From contig OY762940.1 of NCBI GenBank assembly GCA_963667255.1, positions 448,001-512,000 on the forward strand: DNA of 64,000 nucleotides. The letters run 5' to 3'. The position numbers and the translations under genes were made by a program. The notes below the pieces were generated by a model. The model worked only from the letters and a program-made list of their open reading frames with translations, was not told the origin of the DNA and searched no databases. This document shows positions 9,994 through 19,940 of this stretch, in pieces. How positions within the stretch are numbered: the stretch's first letter is position 1; the number at the start of each line of letters is the position of its first letter. The stretch is from Candidatus Cloacimonadota bacterium. GTDB lineage: Bacteria > Cloacimonadota > Cloacimonadia > G963667145.

Positions 9994-10740
9994 ATGAAGA
10001 ACGAAATAGAAATCAAAAATATTGTGAAATACTATGGCTCTAAGTTGGTGTTGCGAGACATAAATGTGAAGATAACACAGGGAGAGTGCGTGGGAATAAT
10101 GGGTCCGAACGGAGCCGGTAAATCAACGACTTTTTATATTGTGCTTGGACTTATCAAAGCGACCGCAGGGCAAGTTTTGTTCAATGGTAAGTTGATTAAT
10201 AATTTACCGATGTATAAAAGAGCAAGATTAGGTATTGGTTATCTTGCTCAGCAACCGTCTATTTTTCACAATCTTACTGTGGAACAAAATGTTATGGCAA
10301 TTTTAGAGATGCTAAAGATTTCTAAAGTGGAAAAAAGAAGACGGTTGGATGAACTTTTGGCTGATTTGGATTTGACCAAATTGAGCAAGCAAAAGGCTTA
10401 TACGCTATCGGGCGGAGAGAGGCGAAAATTGGAAATTACCAGATCGCTAGTAACAAATCCTTCGTTTTTGCTTTTAGACGAACCATTTGCCGGAGTTGAC
10501 CCTAAAGCTGTGGAAGATATACAAAAAATTATCAAGAAATTGGGCGAAAAAAACATCGGAGTTCTGATAACAGACCACAATGTGATAGAAACTCTGAAGA
10601 TTGTGCAAAGGGCTTACATTGTGTTTAATGGAGAGATTCTATTTTCCGGAACATCAGCGGAGCTTGTAAACGACAAAAGAGCCAGAGAGGTTTATTTGGG
10701 GAACAGCTTTATGCAGCACAATTTTAGCGAACAAAATTAA
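9994..10740 (+). CDS. lptB: LPS export ABC ATPase LptB
   Basis: GPNGAGKST, PMYKRARLGIGYL, LSGGERR, DEPFAGVDP, ITDHNV, VYLG. Confidence 0.95.
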   Translation: MKNEIEIKNIVKYYGSKLVLRDINVKITQGECVGIMGPNGAGKSTTFYIVLGLIKATAGQVLFNGKLINNLPMYKRARLGIGYLAQQPSIFHNLTVEQNVMAILEMLKISKVEKRRRLDELLADLDLTKLSKQKAYTLSGGERRKLEITRSLVTNPSFLLLDEPFAGVDPKAVEDIQKIIKKLGEKNIGVLITDHNVIETLKIVQRAYIVFNGEILFSGTSAELVNDKRAREVYLGNSFMQHNFSEQN

Positions 10741-10749
10741 GAAGAGATT

Positions 10750-12120
10750 ATGGAAGTTATAGTTGCGGGATATAATGTTGATGCGGAAGTGATAAGGAAA
10801 TGCACCAAAGGTGCTACTCCGGAGACGATTTCGGCTGCGTATGCCAGAATTAGCAGAAGCAAAGATTCCGTGGAAAAATTGCGTGCTGAAGCTATCTTGG
10901 ATGTGGAAAAAGCCAAAGATTCCAACACGAGCATCGTCTTTGAAATGGGTCATTCGTCCATCGCCGAGCATGTGATTTTCAACTTTGATTTAATAGGGAT
11001 TTCGCGATATTTGGCGGAGTTTATCCATCGGAGCAGGTTAGCCTCTTTTACGGAAAAATCCCAACGATATGTAACCTTGGACGGCGATTTCTATCTGCCG
11101 GAAGAGGTAAGAAACAGTAAATTGAGAGAAGATTTTGAGCAAGTGATTTCCGAGCAAAATTCGTTGTATGAGTTGTTGTTTGCCAAAGCGAAAGAGAAGT
11201 TGGAAGCGGACGGCTTCGCAGGGAGTAAAAGAGATAGATTTAGTAAGGCGAAAGAGGACGCGCGCTATTTTTTGTCGCTATCCACTTTGACACAGATGGG
11301 AATCACGATTAACGCTAGAAGTTTGCAAAAGCTTTTGGTTCGCTTGGATAAATCGGATTTGCATGAAGCCAAAAAGCTAAAGAAGAAACTGGAAGAAGAA
11401 GCCAAGAAAATAGCACCGTCTTTGATTCGCTATACAGATGCGGACGATTTTACTCGATTTACTTGGGAACTTCCTGAAAATAAAGAGATTAGACCGAGCG
11501 AGAAGGTTAAACTTATCAACGCATCCGACAATCCTGACGACTTGGTTTTGCAGGGGATGTTGGTCGATTTCGGCTATCCGTATGAGCAGGTTTCCGACTA
11601 TTTGTCAAAAATAACATCGCAAGAGAAAGAGCAGATTTTTGATGCTTTATTCGCAAAAGGCAAGCTTTACTCCTCTATGCCAAGAGGGTTTGAATTAGCC
11701 GATTTTCTTTTTGAGGTTTGCTGTTCTGCGTGTTGCTTCGGACAGATGAAAAGACATCGCATGTCCACGATACTCAAATCTGAATATCACCCCGACTACG
11801 GGTTTGTTGTTCCGGAGTTGATCAAGGCTTTGGGCGAAGAAGAGAAAATTGACGAAGTTATTAAGCGGACAAACGATTTATATTTTGAGTTGGAAAAAGA
11901 GAAAAAAGGATTGGGAAATTACATCTTGACTAATGCTCACAACACTTTGATTTTATTCAAGGGTAACTTGCGTGAAATTTACCATTTTTCTCGACTGCGT
12001 GCTGACGAACATGCTCAGTGGGAGATAAGAGAGATTGCTAATAAAATCGACGAAATTGTGCGAGAGGTTGCTCCTTTGGCGGGTAAATTTTTAGGGGGGA
12101 AAAGTGAAATATTTAGTTAA
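10750..12120 (+). CDS. thyX: FAD-dependent thymidylate synthase ThyX, tandem two-domain form
   Basis: MGHSSIAEH, RSRLASFTEKSQRY, EDARY, INARSL; second domain QMKRHRMST, NLREIYHFSRLR..HAQWEIR. Confidence 0.9.
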   Translation: MEVIVAGYNVDAEVIRKCTKGATPETISAAYARISRSKDSVEKLRAEAILDVEKAKDSNTSIVFEMGHSSIAEHVIFNFDLIGISRYLAEFIHRSRLASFTEKSQRYVTLDGDFYLPEEVRNSKLREDFEQVISEQNSLYELLFAKAKEKLEADGFAGSKRDRFSKAKEDARYFLSLSTLTQMGITINARSLQKLLVRLDKSDLHEAKKLKKKLEEEAKKIAPSLIRYTDADDFTRFTWELPENKEIRPSEKVKLINASDNPDDLVLQGMLVDFGYPYEQVSDYLSKITSQEKEQIFDALFAKGKLYSSMPRGFELADFLFEVCCSACCFGQMKRHRMSTILKSEYHPDYGFVVPELIKALGEEEKIDEVIKRTNDLYFELEKEKKGLGNYILTNAHNTLILFKGNLREIYHFSRLRADEHAQWEIREIANKIDEIVREVAPLAGKFLGGKSEIFS

Positions 12121-13240
12121 GACAAGTTTAATTTTTGTTGTGATTTTGCTGTTTGCGTGTAACAAAGATATTACGAAAGGCAAATACGAAAATGTTTCCG
12201 AGCGAATTAACAGTGACCAAAATATGTTTCAAGGAAATTTGAAAAGAAACGGAGTTTATCAGACGAATGGTCTCGAAAAAAAGTGCCCAAATGTTGTGAA
12301 ATGGCGATTTTCTTTGGAAGCCAAGATTTACTCTTCCCCTATGTATTATGACAATAAGATTATAGTTAACGATTATGGCAACTATATAACGGCGATAAAT
12401 TATGTTACCGGAGAGAGCGAGTGGATATTCAAAACTCGTAACAGAAATACAACAAGTGTAGCTGTTGCCAATAATGTGGTGTATTTTGGTAGTTATGACA
12501 AATATTTTTATGCTCTGAACGCTTCTAATGGGGCTCTTATCTGGAAATACAAAGTGGAAGGATACATCACTTCGTCTGCTGCGGTTTATGGTGGAATTGT
12601 GTATTTTGGCAGTTGGGACGGATATTTTTATGCCTTGAATTGTAAGAACGGAGAGTTGATTTGGAAAATCAAGATTGGCGACAGAGTTTATACTCCTCCT
12701 GCTATTGACGAAGAAAACAAACTGGTTTTTTACGGAGATAGAGCGTTGTATGCCAGCGATTTGAAGACAGGGAAATTGAAGTGGAAATTTTCCACAGGCA
12801 ATTTTATAGAATCCGCTCCTGTCGTAGATGGAGACAATGTATATTTTGGCAGTAGAGACTACTATATGTATTGTGTGAACAAAAAAACCGGAGACGAGAA
12901 GTGGAAATTCAAGACTGGCTATTGGGTTACCGGCTCGCCGTCTGTTTGCGGAGACAAATTGATTTTCGGTTCTTACGACGATTGCATTTATATTTTAAAG
13001 AAAAAAAGTGGAGAGCTTTTCAAGAAAATCAATAGTGGCAGTGATGTTCAACTTCCGGCTATTGTCGTGGGGCATAACGCTTATTTGCTCAATGTAGAAG
13101 GCGGTTTTGCGGCGATAGATGTTGGTTTGGGCAAAATTATCTGGCGAAAAAGGTTCAACAATAAGAGCTCTCTGCCCTTAATTCATGAGGGAAATCTTAT
13201 CATTGTGCATGACGAAACGCTTTTGAAACTGGGTTATTAA
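12104..13240 (+). CDS. PQQ-like beta-propeller repeat lipoprotein (BamB-like fold)
   Basis: Lipobox LFA-C; repeated VYFGS.D.YFYAL...G.LIWK. Confidence 0.85.
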   Translation: MKYLVKTSLIFVVILLFACNKDITKGKYENVSERINSDQNMFQGNLKRNGVYQTNGLEKKCPNVVKWRFSLEAKIYSSPMYYDNKIIVNDYGNYITAINYVTGESEWIFKTRNRNTTSVAVANNVVYFGSYDKYFYALNASNGALIWKYKVEGYITSSAAVYGGIVYFGSWDGYFYALNCKNGELIWKIKIGDRVYTPPAIDEENKLVFYGDRALYASDLKTGKLKWKFSTGNFIESAPVVDGDNVYFGSRDYYMYCVNKKTGDEKWKFKTGYWVTGSPSVCGDKLIFGSYDDCIYILKKKSGELFKKINSGSDVQLPAIVVGHNAYLLNVEGGFAAIDVGLGKIIWRKRFNNKSSLPLIHEGNLIIVHDETLLKLGY

Positions 13241-13248
13241 GGGAAAAA

Positions 13249-13695
13249 ATGAATAGATTAGACTGGAACGAATATTTTATGGAGATTGCCAAGGTAGTCG
13301 CCAAAAGGTCAACTTGTCTCAGAAGGCAGGTAGGTGCTATTTTGGTAAGGGATAAACAGATTTTGGCGACTGGATATAATGGGAGTCCTAAAAATTTGGA
13401 GCATTGCCAGACCAAAGGTTGCTTACGCCAAGAGTTGGGGATACCTTCGGGGCAAAGGCACGAGATTTGTCGGGCGGTGCATGCGGAACAGAACGCCGTG
13501 ATACAAGCTGCCGTGAACGGAGTTTCTATCAAAAATGCGATTTTGTATTGCACCAATTTCCCTTGTAGTATCTGTGCTAAAATATTGGTAAATGCTGAGG
13601 TAAAGAAGATTTATATCGCCGACGATTATCAAGACGACTTGTCCAAGCAAATCTTGCAGGAAGCCGGAATCGATGTCGTTAAGCTGGGCGATTGA
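13249..13695 (+). CDS. dCMP deaminase (ComEB family)
   Basis: [27 protein letters not shown]. Confidence 0.9.
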   Translation: MNRLDWNEYFMEIAKVVAKRSTCLRRQVGAILVRDKQILATGYNGSPKNLEHCQTKGCLRQELGIPSGQRHEICRAVHAEQNAVIQAAVNGVSIKNAILYCTNFPCSICAKILVNAEVKKIYIADDYQDDLSKQILQEAGIDVVKLGD

Positions 13696-13710
13696 CAATA
13701 GGTAGTCAAA

Positions 13711-14958
13711 ATGAGTGAATTAATAGAAAAAGCTCAGAAATTGAAACAACAGCGGAAAGATTTGTCGATTTGTTCCGCTATCTCCAAAAATAAAGCTCTT
13801 CTCTTGGTTGCTGGTCAACTGGAAAAGCAAGCCGATTTCATCCTACAAGCGAACAAAATTGATGTGCAAGAGGCTCGTGATGCAGGAGTTAGCGAGGCTC
13901 TGATAGATAGATTGTTTTTGGACGAGAGCAGGATAATGGCTATTTGCCAGAGTTTGGGACAAGTAGCAAATCTGAAAGACCCTGTTGGCAAAGTTCTTGG
14001 TGGTTGGCAGACGGAAGAAGGGCTGTCTATCCGCAAAGTGAGTGTTCCCCTCGGTGTTTTGGGGATGATTTACGAGTCGCGACCCAATGTTACTGTGGAC
14101 GCTTTTGCTTTGGCTCTGAAAAGCGGAAACGCTATCTTATTGAGAGGGAGTTCCTCCGCTTTGGCATCGAACAAGGCGTTGGTCAAAGTCATCAAGGACG
14201 GTCTGTTTTTGAGCGACATCTCTCCCGACATGGCTCAGTTGTTGGAAGACCCCGATAGAAATCAAGTGCTGGAGATGCTACAACTTACGGAGTATTTGGA
14301 CTTGATAATTCCCCGTGGTGGAGCGACTCTCATCGATATGGTGGTAAAAAACGCTAAAGTGAAAACGATAGAGACCGGAGTTGGCAATTGCCATATTTAT
14401 GTTCACGAAAGAGCCAACCAGGATATGGCTCTGAAAATCATCGAAAACGCCAAAACGCAACGACCTGGGGTATGTAATGCGTGTGAGACTGTCTTGATAG
14501 ACAAGAATATAGCAGAAGAGTTTTTGCCCAAAATGAATGCAAAGTTGTCAGACAAGGTTGTTTTGCGAGGTTGCGAAGAAACGAAAAAATTTATTGATTG
14601 TGAGCCTGCCAAGGAAAGTGACTGGTCTGACGAGTTCTTGGACTTGATTTTGGCGGTAAAAGTCGTGGACGGCTTGGACGAAGCTATAGAACACATCAAC
14701 GCTTACGGCACATTGCATTCGGAGGCTATAGTCAGCGAAGACTATTCTGCGTGCCAAAAGTTCCAAGCGGAAGTGGATGCAGCGGCTGTGTATGCCAACG
14801 CTTCTACCCGATTTACCGATGGTTCTGTGTTCGGTTTTGGTTGCGAAATGGGAATCAGCACGCAAAAAATGCATGCGAGAGGACCGATGGGCTTGGATGA
14901 GTTGGTCACATATAAATATATCATAAACGGCAAAGGTCAAATACGAGGAGGAAACTAA
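13711..14958 (+). CDS. proA: Gamma-glutamyl phosphate reductase
   Basis: [50 protein letters not shown]. Confidence 0.97.
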   Translation: MSELIEKAQKLKQQRKDLSICSAISKNKALLLVAGQLEKQADFILQANKIDVQEARDAGVSEALIDRLFLDESRIMAICQSLGQVANLKDPVGKVLGGWQTEEGLSIRKVSVPLGVLGMIYESRPNVTVDAFALALKSGNAILLRGSSSALASNKALVKVIKDGLFLSDISPDMAQLLEDPDRNQVLEMLQLTEYLDLIIPRGGATLIDMVVKNAKVKTIETGVGNCHIYVHERANQDMALKIIENAKTQRPGVCNACETVLIDKNIAEEFLPKMNAKLSDKVVLRGCEETKKFIDCEPAKESDWSDEFLDLILAVKVVDGLDEAIEHINAYGTLHSEAIVSEDYSACQKFQAEVDAAAVYANASTRFTDGSVFGFGCEMGISTQKMHARGPMGLDELVTYKYIINGKGQIRGGN

Positions 14959-15740
14959 TGGGAAAGAACATCGAAGAGATTGCCAAAAAGATTTTTGATT
15001 TGGAAGAAGGCTTTATCTCCAGAAGCGGAGGAGAACACCGTTTGTCGCTTGGCTCTGTGGTGGACAGGAGTGATTTGCCCGACCAATTGGTTACCGATTT
15101 TGGTTCTTTGGCGAAATATATAGACCACACTGTTTTGAAACCCGAGACGAGCCTCAAACAGATAGAGAAATTGTGTCAGGAAGCGGAAGAGTTTGGCTTT
15201 GCCAGTGTTTGCGTTAATCCTGTTTGGGCTACGGAAGCGGAAAAAGTTTTGAAAACTGTTCCTCTGTGCTGTGTTGTGGGGTTTCCTCTCGGAGCGAATA
15301 TTGCCGAAGTGAAAATGGTGGAGACCATCAAAGCGTTGGAAGCTGGAGCCAAAGAGATAGATATGGTGATAAATGTGGGAGCACTCAAAGGCAAGAATTA
15401 CTCTTTGCTTGAAGATGAGATAGCTCTTTTGGCTTTGGATTGTCACAAGTCGAACGCTAAATTGAAAGTGATAATCGAGGCGTGTTTGCTTACGGAAGAG
15501 GAAAAGATAGTTGCGTGTTTGCTCTCCAAAAAGGCTGGTGCGGATTTTGTGAAAACTTCGACTGGATTTTCCACAGGTGGAGCGACAGTCGAGGATATCG
15601 CTTTGATGCGGGCAGTAGTGGGACCCAAGATGGGAGTGAAGGCTTCCGGTGGTATCCGCGACAAAGAGACCGCTTTGGCGATGCTGAAAGCGGGTGCAAA
15701 CAGAATTGGTGCTTCGGCTGGGATTTCTATTTGCAGTTAA
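14958..15740 (+). CDS. deoC: Deoxyribose-phosphate aldolase, with ~45-aa N-terminal extension
   Basis: [45 protein letters not shown]. Confidence 0.95.
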   Translation: MGKNIEEIAKKIFDLEEGFISRSGGEHRLSLGSVVDRSDLPDQLVTDFGSLAKYIDHTVLKPETSLKQIEKLCQEAEEFGFASVCVNPVWATEAEKVLKTVPLCCVVGFPLGANIAEVKMVETIKALEAGAKEIDMVINVGALKGKNYSLLEDEIALLALDCHKSNAKLKVIIEACLLTEEEKIVACLLSKKAGADFVKTSTGFSTGGATVEDIALMRAVVGPKMGVKASGGIRDKETALAMLKAGANRIGASAGISICS

Positions 15741-15770
15741 TTCTGCGTAAAAATTTAGGGAGAGATTGTA

Positions 15771-16271
15771 ATGATAGAGTCGTTTCAGGGGATTGAACCA
15801 AAAATGGACGAAAGCAGTTTTGTTCATGAAACAGCTGTTTTGATAGGAAAAGTGAAAATAGGGAAGAATGCAAGCATTTGGCCCGGAGTGATAGTTCGTG
15901 GAGATGAAGCGGAGATACAAGTTGGAGAGTATTCCAATGTGCAGGACAATTCCGTTTTGCATTGCGTAGAGGGGACACCTACGATAATAGGTAAATATGT
16001 TACGATTGGTCATAAGTGTATTGTCCACGCTTGCAAAGTCGAGGATTTTTGCCTCATAGGTATGGGTGCGACTGTGCTGGACGGAGCTGTAATAGGCGAA
16101 GGGAGCATAGTTGGTGCTGGAGCTCTTGTTACCAAAAACACCATTATACCGCCAAACTCTTTGGTGTTGGGCATTCCTGCGAAGGTTGTGAAGCAACTGG
16201 ATGATAAAAACTTAGAAAGACAAAAAGCACACGCTACTCATTATTGGGAGTTGGCGAAAAATTATTTGTAA
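15771..16271 (+). CDS. Gamma-class carbonic anhydrase family protein (YrdA-like)
   Basis: VRGD, SNVQDNSVLH, VTIGH..VH, hexapeptide repeats. Confidence 0.9.
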   Translation: MIESFQGIEPKMDESSFVHETAVLIGKVKIGKNASIWPGVIVRGDEAEIQVGEYSNVQDNSVLHCVEGTPTIIGKYVTIGHKCIVHACKVEDFCLIGMGATVLDGAVIGEGSIVGAGALVTKNTIIPPNSLVLGIPAKVVKQLDDKNLERQKAHATHYWELAKNYL

Positions 16272-16303
16272 AAGAAAAAAGTAAATAGAGAATAGGAGGG
16301 CAA

Positions 16304-17278
16304 ATGTTTTATACAGGCGATCAAATGAAAAAAGTTATCATGAAAGCCAAGAAAGAGAAGTTTGGGATTATCGCTTCTAATGTGGTTTTCGATACATCTG
16401 TCAGAGCGATGGTGCAAGGCTACAACGCTATGGGTGCTGACGGGCTTTTGCAAATATCTTCCGGAGCGTGTAAATATGCTGCTGGAGCAACCAAAGATTT
16501 GTTGGTGGGAGCGAAGTTTATTTCCGATATGGTCAAAAATATTGCTAACCAATATCCAAAAAGTGGTGTCGGTTTGAATATAGACCATGGTGCACCCAAA
16601 GATATGGATTTCATCATTCACTGCATCGAGAACGGTTTGGTTTCCACTGTGATGATAGACGCTTCTCACGAGAGTTTTGAGGAGAATGTCCGTCTTACCA
16701 AAGAGGTGGTAAAGGTTGCTCACAAGCATGGTGTTTTGGTGGAAGGCGAGATTGGATACATCAAAGGCAATGAGGACGAACTCGTGAGCGATAGCCAGCT
16801 CTACACCAATCCGCAAGAGGCTCTGGAGTATGTGAAAAAGACAAGCGTTGACCTTTTTGCTGCTTCCGTGGGCACTAACCATGGAGTGACCAAAGGTGCT
16901 GATGTTGTCTTGCGTTTGGGACTCATCAAAGAGATAGACGACTTACTCCGAGCAAACAATTTGGAAGCTGGTTTGGTGTTGCATGGTGCTTCCGGTTTGA
17001 CCGTGAAACAACAACAAGATGCTGTGGCTAACGGCGTGGTGAAGATTAACAAAGATACTTGTTATCAGATGGAGATTGCCTCCGCTGTTCAGGCTTATTG
17101 GGAAAAAGAGAAAGATGCTATCGTTTGTCCGAGCGGAATGAGTGAAAAGAAATATTCCCCAGACAAAGGTAGATTTGACCCGAGAAAGTGGCTCATCAAA
17201 GGCGAAGATGCGATGCAATCTGAGGTGGAGAGCTTAGTGGAGATTGTCGGAGGAAAAGGCACTTCGATTTTGTCGTAA
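16304..17278 (+). CDS. fba: Class II fructose-bisphosphate aldolase
   Basis: IDHG, VMIDASH, VEGEIG, SVGTNHG, VLHGASG, VKIN, FDPRKW. Confidence 0.9.
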   Translation: MFYTGDQMKKVIMKAKKEKFGIIASNVVFDTSVRAMVQGYNAMGADGLLQISSGACKYAAGATKDLLVGAKFISDMVKNIANQYPKSGVGLNIDHGAPKDMDFIIHCIENGLVSTVMIDASHESFEENVRLTKEVVKVAHKHGVLVEGEIGYIKGNEDELVSDSQLYTNPQEALEYVKKTSVDLFAASVGTNHGVTKGADVVLRLGLIKEIDDLLRANNLEAGLVLHGASGLTVKQQQDAVANGVVKINKDTCYQMEIASAVQAYWEKEKDAIVCPSGMSEKKYSPDKGRFDPRKWLIKGEDAMQSEVESLVEIVGGKGTSILS

Positions 17279-17287
17279 AAAGGGATT

Positions 17288-17548
17288 ATGAAAAAGAGCA
17301 TTTTAATCTTTGTAATTTTCATTTTCTGTACATCTCTATTTGCGAGAATACAGACTATAGGTTGGGATTCTGAAAATTTATATTATGTAACAGATTGCGC
17401 TAATAGATGGTTAGAAGATAATAAAGACATTAGAATTATTTCGGCAACCCATGCTAGTAGTATGAAAAGGAGCAATAGTCATGTTTTTAGTTTAGTTATA
17501 GTCTATGAAGAAGACGATGAAAAAGACAATACCAAAAATACTGATTAG
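17288..17548 (+). CDS. Small secreted hypothetical protein
   Basis: Signal peptide MKKSILIFVIFIFCTSLFA; AT-rich relative to its neighbours. Confidence 0.65.
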   Translation: MKKSILIFVIFIFCTSLFARIQTIGWDSENLYYVTDCANRWLEDNKDIRIISATHASSMKRSNSHVFSLVIVYEEDDEKDNTKNTD

Positions 17549-17572
17549 TTTTTATGGTTTAGGAAAATAATT

Positions 17573-18671
17573 ATGGAAATGCAGGAATTTGTCGAGAGAG
17601 CGAAAGAGCTGATAACCAAATCCAAACAGCTTGGGAGGTTGGTTTGACTCCGCTGAGTTGGAGCGGAATATAGCGGAACTGCGAGAGCAGACTTTAAACC
17701 CTGAATTTTGGAATCATCATGCGAATGCACAGAAAGTCAGCAAGCAATTGAGTGCGTTGGAGTCCAAACAGGAGGAAATTCGGAAGATTGCCACGATTGG
17801 CGAGGATTTGCAGGTTTATTTGCAGATGGTTCAAGAGGACAACTCATTTTTGACGGAGGCTGTCTCGGAGCTAAAGCAATGGGATAGTTTTTTGGAGAAA
17901 GTGGAGATAAACGCTCTTCTCTCGGGCGAGCTTGATGCGGGCGATGCGATATTGACGATAAACCCTGGAGCTGGCGGCACGGAGAGTCAGGACTGGGCGG
18001 AGATGCTCCTGAGGATGTATCTTCGTTGGGCGGAGAGAAGCGGATTTAAAGCCGAGATTGTGGAGCTTTTACCAGGAGAAGAAGCGGGGATAAAGAGCGT
18101 GACTGTGGAAGTGAAGGGCGAGTTTGCTTACGGATATTTAGCGTGTGAGATTGGCATTCATCGCTTGGTGCGGATTTCTCCTTTTAACGCTCAAGGCAAG
18201 CGGCAAACCTCTTTTGCCTCGATATTTGTCTATCCTCTCGTGGACGACAGCATAGAGGTGGAGATAGATGCAGGCGATTTGCGGATAGATACTTATCGAG
18301 CTTCCGGCAAAGGCGGACAATGTGTGAACACCACCGATTCTGCCGTGAGGATTACGCACTTGCCGACGGGGATAGTGGTGCAGTGCCAAAACGAGCGGAG
18401 TCAGCTAAAGAACAAAGAGCATGCGATGAAGATTTTGAAGTCGCGACTGTATCAGCATTTCTTACATGAAAAGCAAAAAGAGAGCAAAGAGCTGGAAGAC
18501 ACCAAGACGGAAATCGGCTGGGGCAACCAAATCCGCTCCTATGTTTTTCATCCGTATCAGATGGTGAAAGACCACCGCACCAAGCACGAAGTGAAGAACA
18601 CAGAAAAAATAATGGACGGAGATTTGGACGGGTTTATTGAGGAGTATCTGCGGTATAAGATGCAGAAGTAG
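17573..18671 (+). CDS. prfB: Peptide chain release factor 2, expressed via +1 programmed frameshift (~365 aa)
   Basis: ORF1 17573-17647 (MEMQEFVERAKELITKSKQLGRLV*), internal SD GGGAGG 17633-17638, GTT TGA C 17642-17648; +1 frame carries GGTESQDW, SPF, GGQ, WGNQIRSY. Confidence 0.95.
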
Positions 18672-18691
18672 AAGATTTTGGGTTGTTAACA

Positions 18692-18724
18692 AAAATAGGC
18701 AATCTATGAAAGATTGCCTATTTT
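18692..18724. terminator. Bidirectional intrinsic terminator
   Basis: AAAATAGGCAATCT-atgaa-AGATTGCCTATTTT between convergent genes. Confidence 0.85.
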
Positions 18725-18737
18725 GCTATAATTAATT

Positions 18738-19238
18738 TTAATCTGTAATTGTAAGAATAATTGTGGTTGAAGAGCCCCCTGTAATACTAAAAACAAGATA
18801 ATAAGTTCCAGTAGAAAGGTTAGAAATAAGTGTAGGGTTATTAGTTTCCGAACAGCTTACAACACGAGAGGTAGTCATGGTAGGAAAGTAGGAATAAGCA
18901 GGAAGAAGAGGGATTGAAGGGGTAAAAGTTGCTATTGTGGTATTGCTTGAATTTTTTAGAAAAATATTAAAGGGAGGATTAGTAATATCCGTGGGAGAGA
19001 AACTATAAAGCTGAAAAGAGCATCCAATGTATTTGGAATTATAAGAACTTTTAGAGATAGTAGTAATGCCACTATTACTATAAGAACTAGCTAAATTATC
19101 GGTTAATAAAAGACAGCCAGATCTAGTAACACTGACATATTTATATGTATTATCATCATTGCTAGTAGAAGAGCCACAGCCATTCAAACTAAGCAAAAGC
19201 ACACACATCATAAAAATCAATTTTATGAAAGATTTCAT
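18738..19238 (-). CDS. Hypothetical Ser/Thr-rich lipoprotein
   Basis: Lipobox LNG-C then GSSTSNDD; RBS GGAGG upstream. Confidence 0.75.
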   Translation of the reverse strand: MKSFIKLIFMMCVLLLSLNGCGSSTSNDDNTYKYVSVTRSGCLLLTDNLASSYSNSGITTISKSSYNSKYIGCSFQLYSFSPTDITNPPFNIFLKNSSNTTIATFTPSIPLLPAYSYFPTMTTSRVVSCSETNNPTLISNLSTGTYYLVFSITGGSSTTIILTITD

Positions 19239-19244
19239 TCTTTC

Positions 19245-19310
19245 CTCCAGGAGTTTATTTACTCCAGGAGTTTATTTACTCCAGGAGTTTATTTACTCCA
19301 GGAGTTTATT
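19245..19310. repeat. 17-bp tandem repeat (CTCCAGGAGTTTATTTA) x3.9
   Basis: Exact copies at 19245, 19262 and 19279, and a 15-nt copy at 19296. Confidence 0.97.
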
Positions 19311-19442
19311 GGAAGCAAGGTGTAAAAAAATAAAAAAAATGTCAAATAAAAAAGTTATAAAACCACATAAACCCATTAATTATTTGACAGATAAACACAT
19401 AGCAAAACTTTGCACTTAACGATAACAAATAAGGAGGCTGAC

Positions 19443-19712
19443 ATGGCACTTACTAATCAAGCCAAGGAAGCAATCGTGGCAGAGTTTAAACTCCACGACA
19501 GCGACACAGGTTCTCCAGAAGTTCAGGTCGCTTTGATGACTAACAACATCAAAAGCATTACTGCACATTTGGATACTCACAAAAAGGATCATCACTCTAG
19601 AAGAGGACTTCTCAAAATCGTAGGTAGAAGAAGAAAGCTTTTGGAATATTTGAAAGACAAAGATATAGAGCGTTACAGAGCTCTTATAGAAAAGTTAGGT
19701 TTGAGAAAGTAA
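19443..19712 (+). CDS. rpsO: 30S ribosomal protein S15
   Basis: [30 protein letters not shown] before ATG 19443. Confidence 0.98.
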   Translation: MALTNQAKEAIVAEFKLHDSDTGSPEVQVALMTNNIKSITAHLDTHKKDHHSRRGLLKIVGRRRKLLEYLKDKDIERYRALIEKLGLRK

Positions 19713-19740
19713 AAGGGATTTTTCCCTTTTACTTTTCTTT
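19706..19740 (+). terminator. Intrinsic terminator after rpsO
   Basis: AAAGTAAAAGGGA-tttt-TCCCTTTTACTTT followed by T-rich tail. Confidence 0.8.
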
Positions 19741-19794
19741 GATTTAAAATATTAGTGCTTCGGTTTATTTACCAACGGATACTATTTTACACTA

Positions 19795-19869
19795 AAGAGA
19801 TTGTTAGCAATAATCAAAATCCTTGTTCAAGAAGATTTGAGGATGTTTGGTTATTGCTTTTTTTCTCTT
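19795..19869 (+). promoter_or_regulatory. Long stem-loop in the pnp leader (putative RNase III processing/autoregulation site)
   Basis: AAGAGA..AGCAATAATCAAA.ATCCT pairs with AGGAT.TTTGGTTATTGCT..TCTCTT; the position matches the known E. coli pnp leader stem. Confidence 0.6.
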
Positions 19870-19940
19870 GGTTGGCAGAGTTCAACAGCTTGTTTGATAT
19901 TCGACTGGGTATAGACCGACAGGAAAATTAAGGAGAAAAG

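Noticed and set aside
14955..16196. 413-aa minus-strand ORF
   Set aside because: Antisense shadow of deoC and the gamma-CA gene; no recognisable motifs.
17631..18671. prfB as a TTG-started 346-aa ORF or as a pseudogene
   Set aside because: The upstream ORF, internal SD and TGA-C geometry indicate a programmed +1 frameshift.
19245..19310. CRISPR-like array
   Set aside because: Units are contiguous 17-mers with no spacers, and there are no cas genes.
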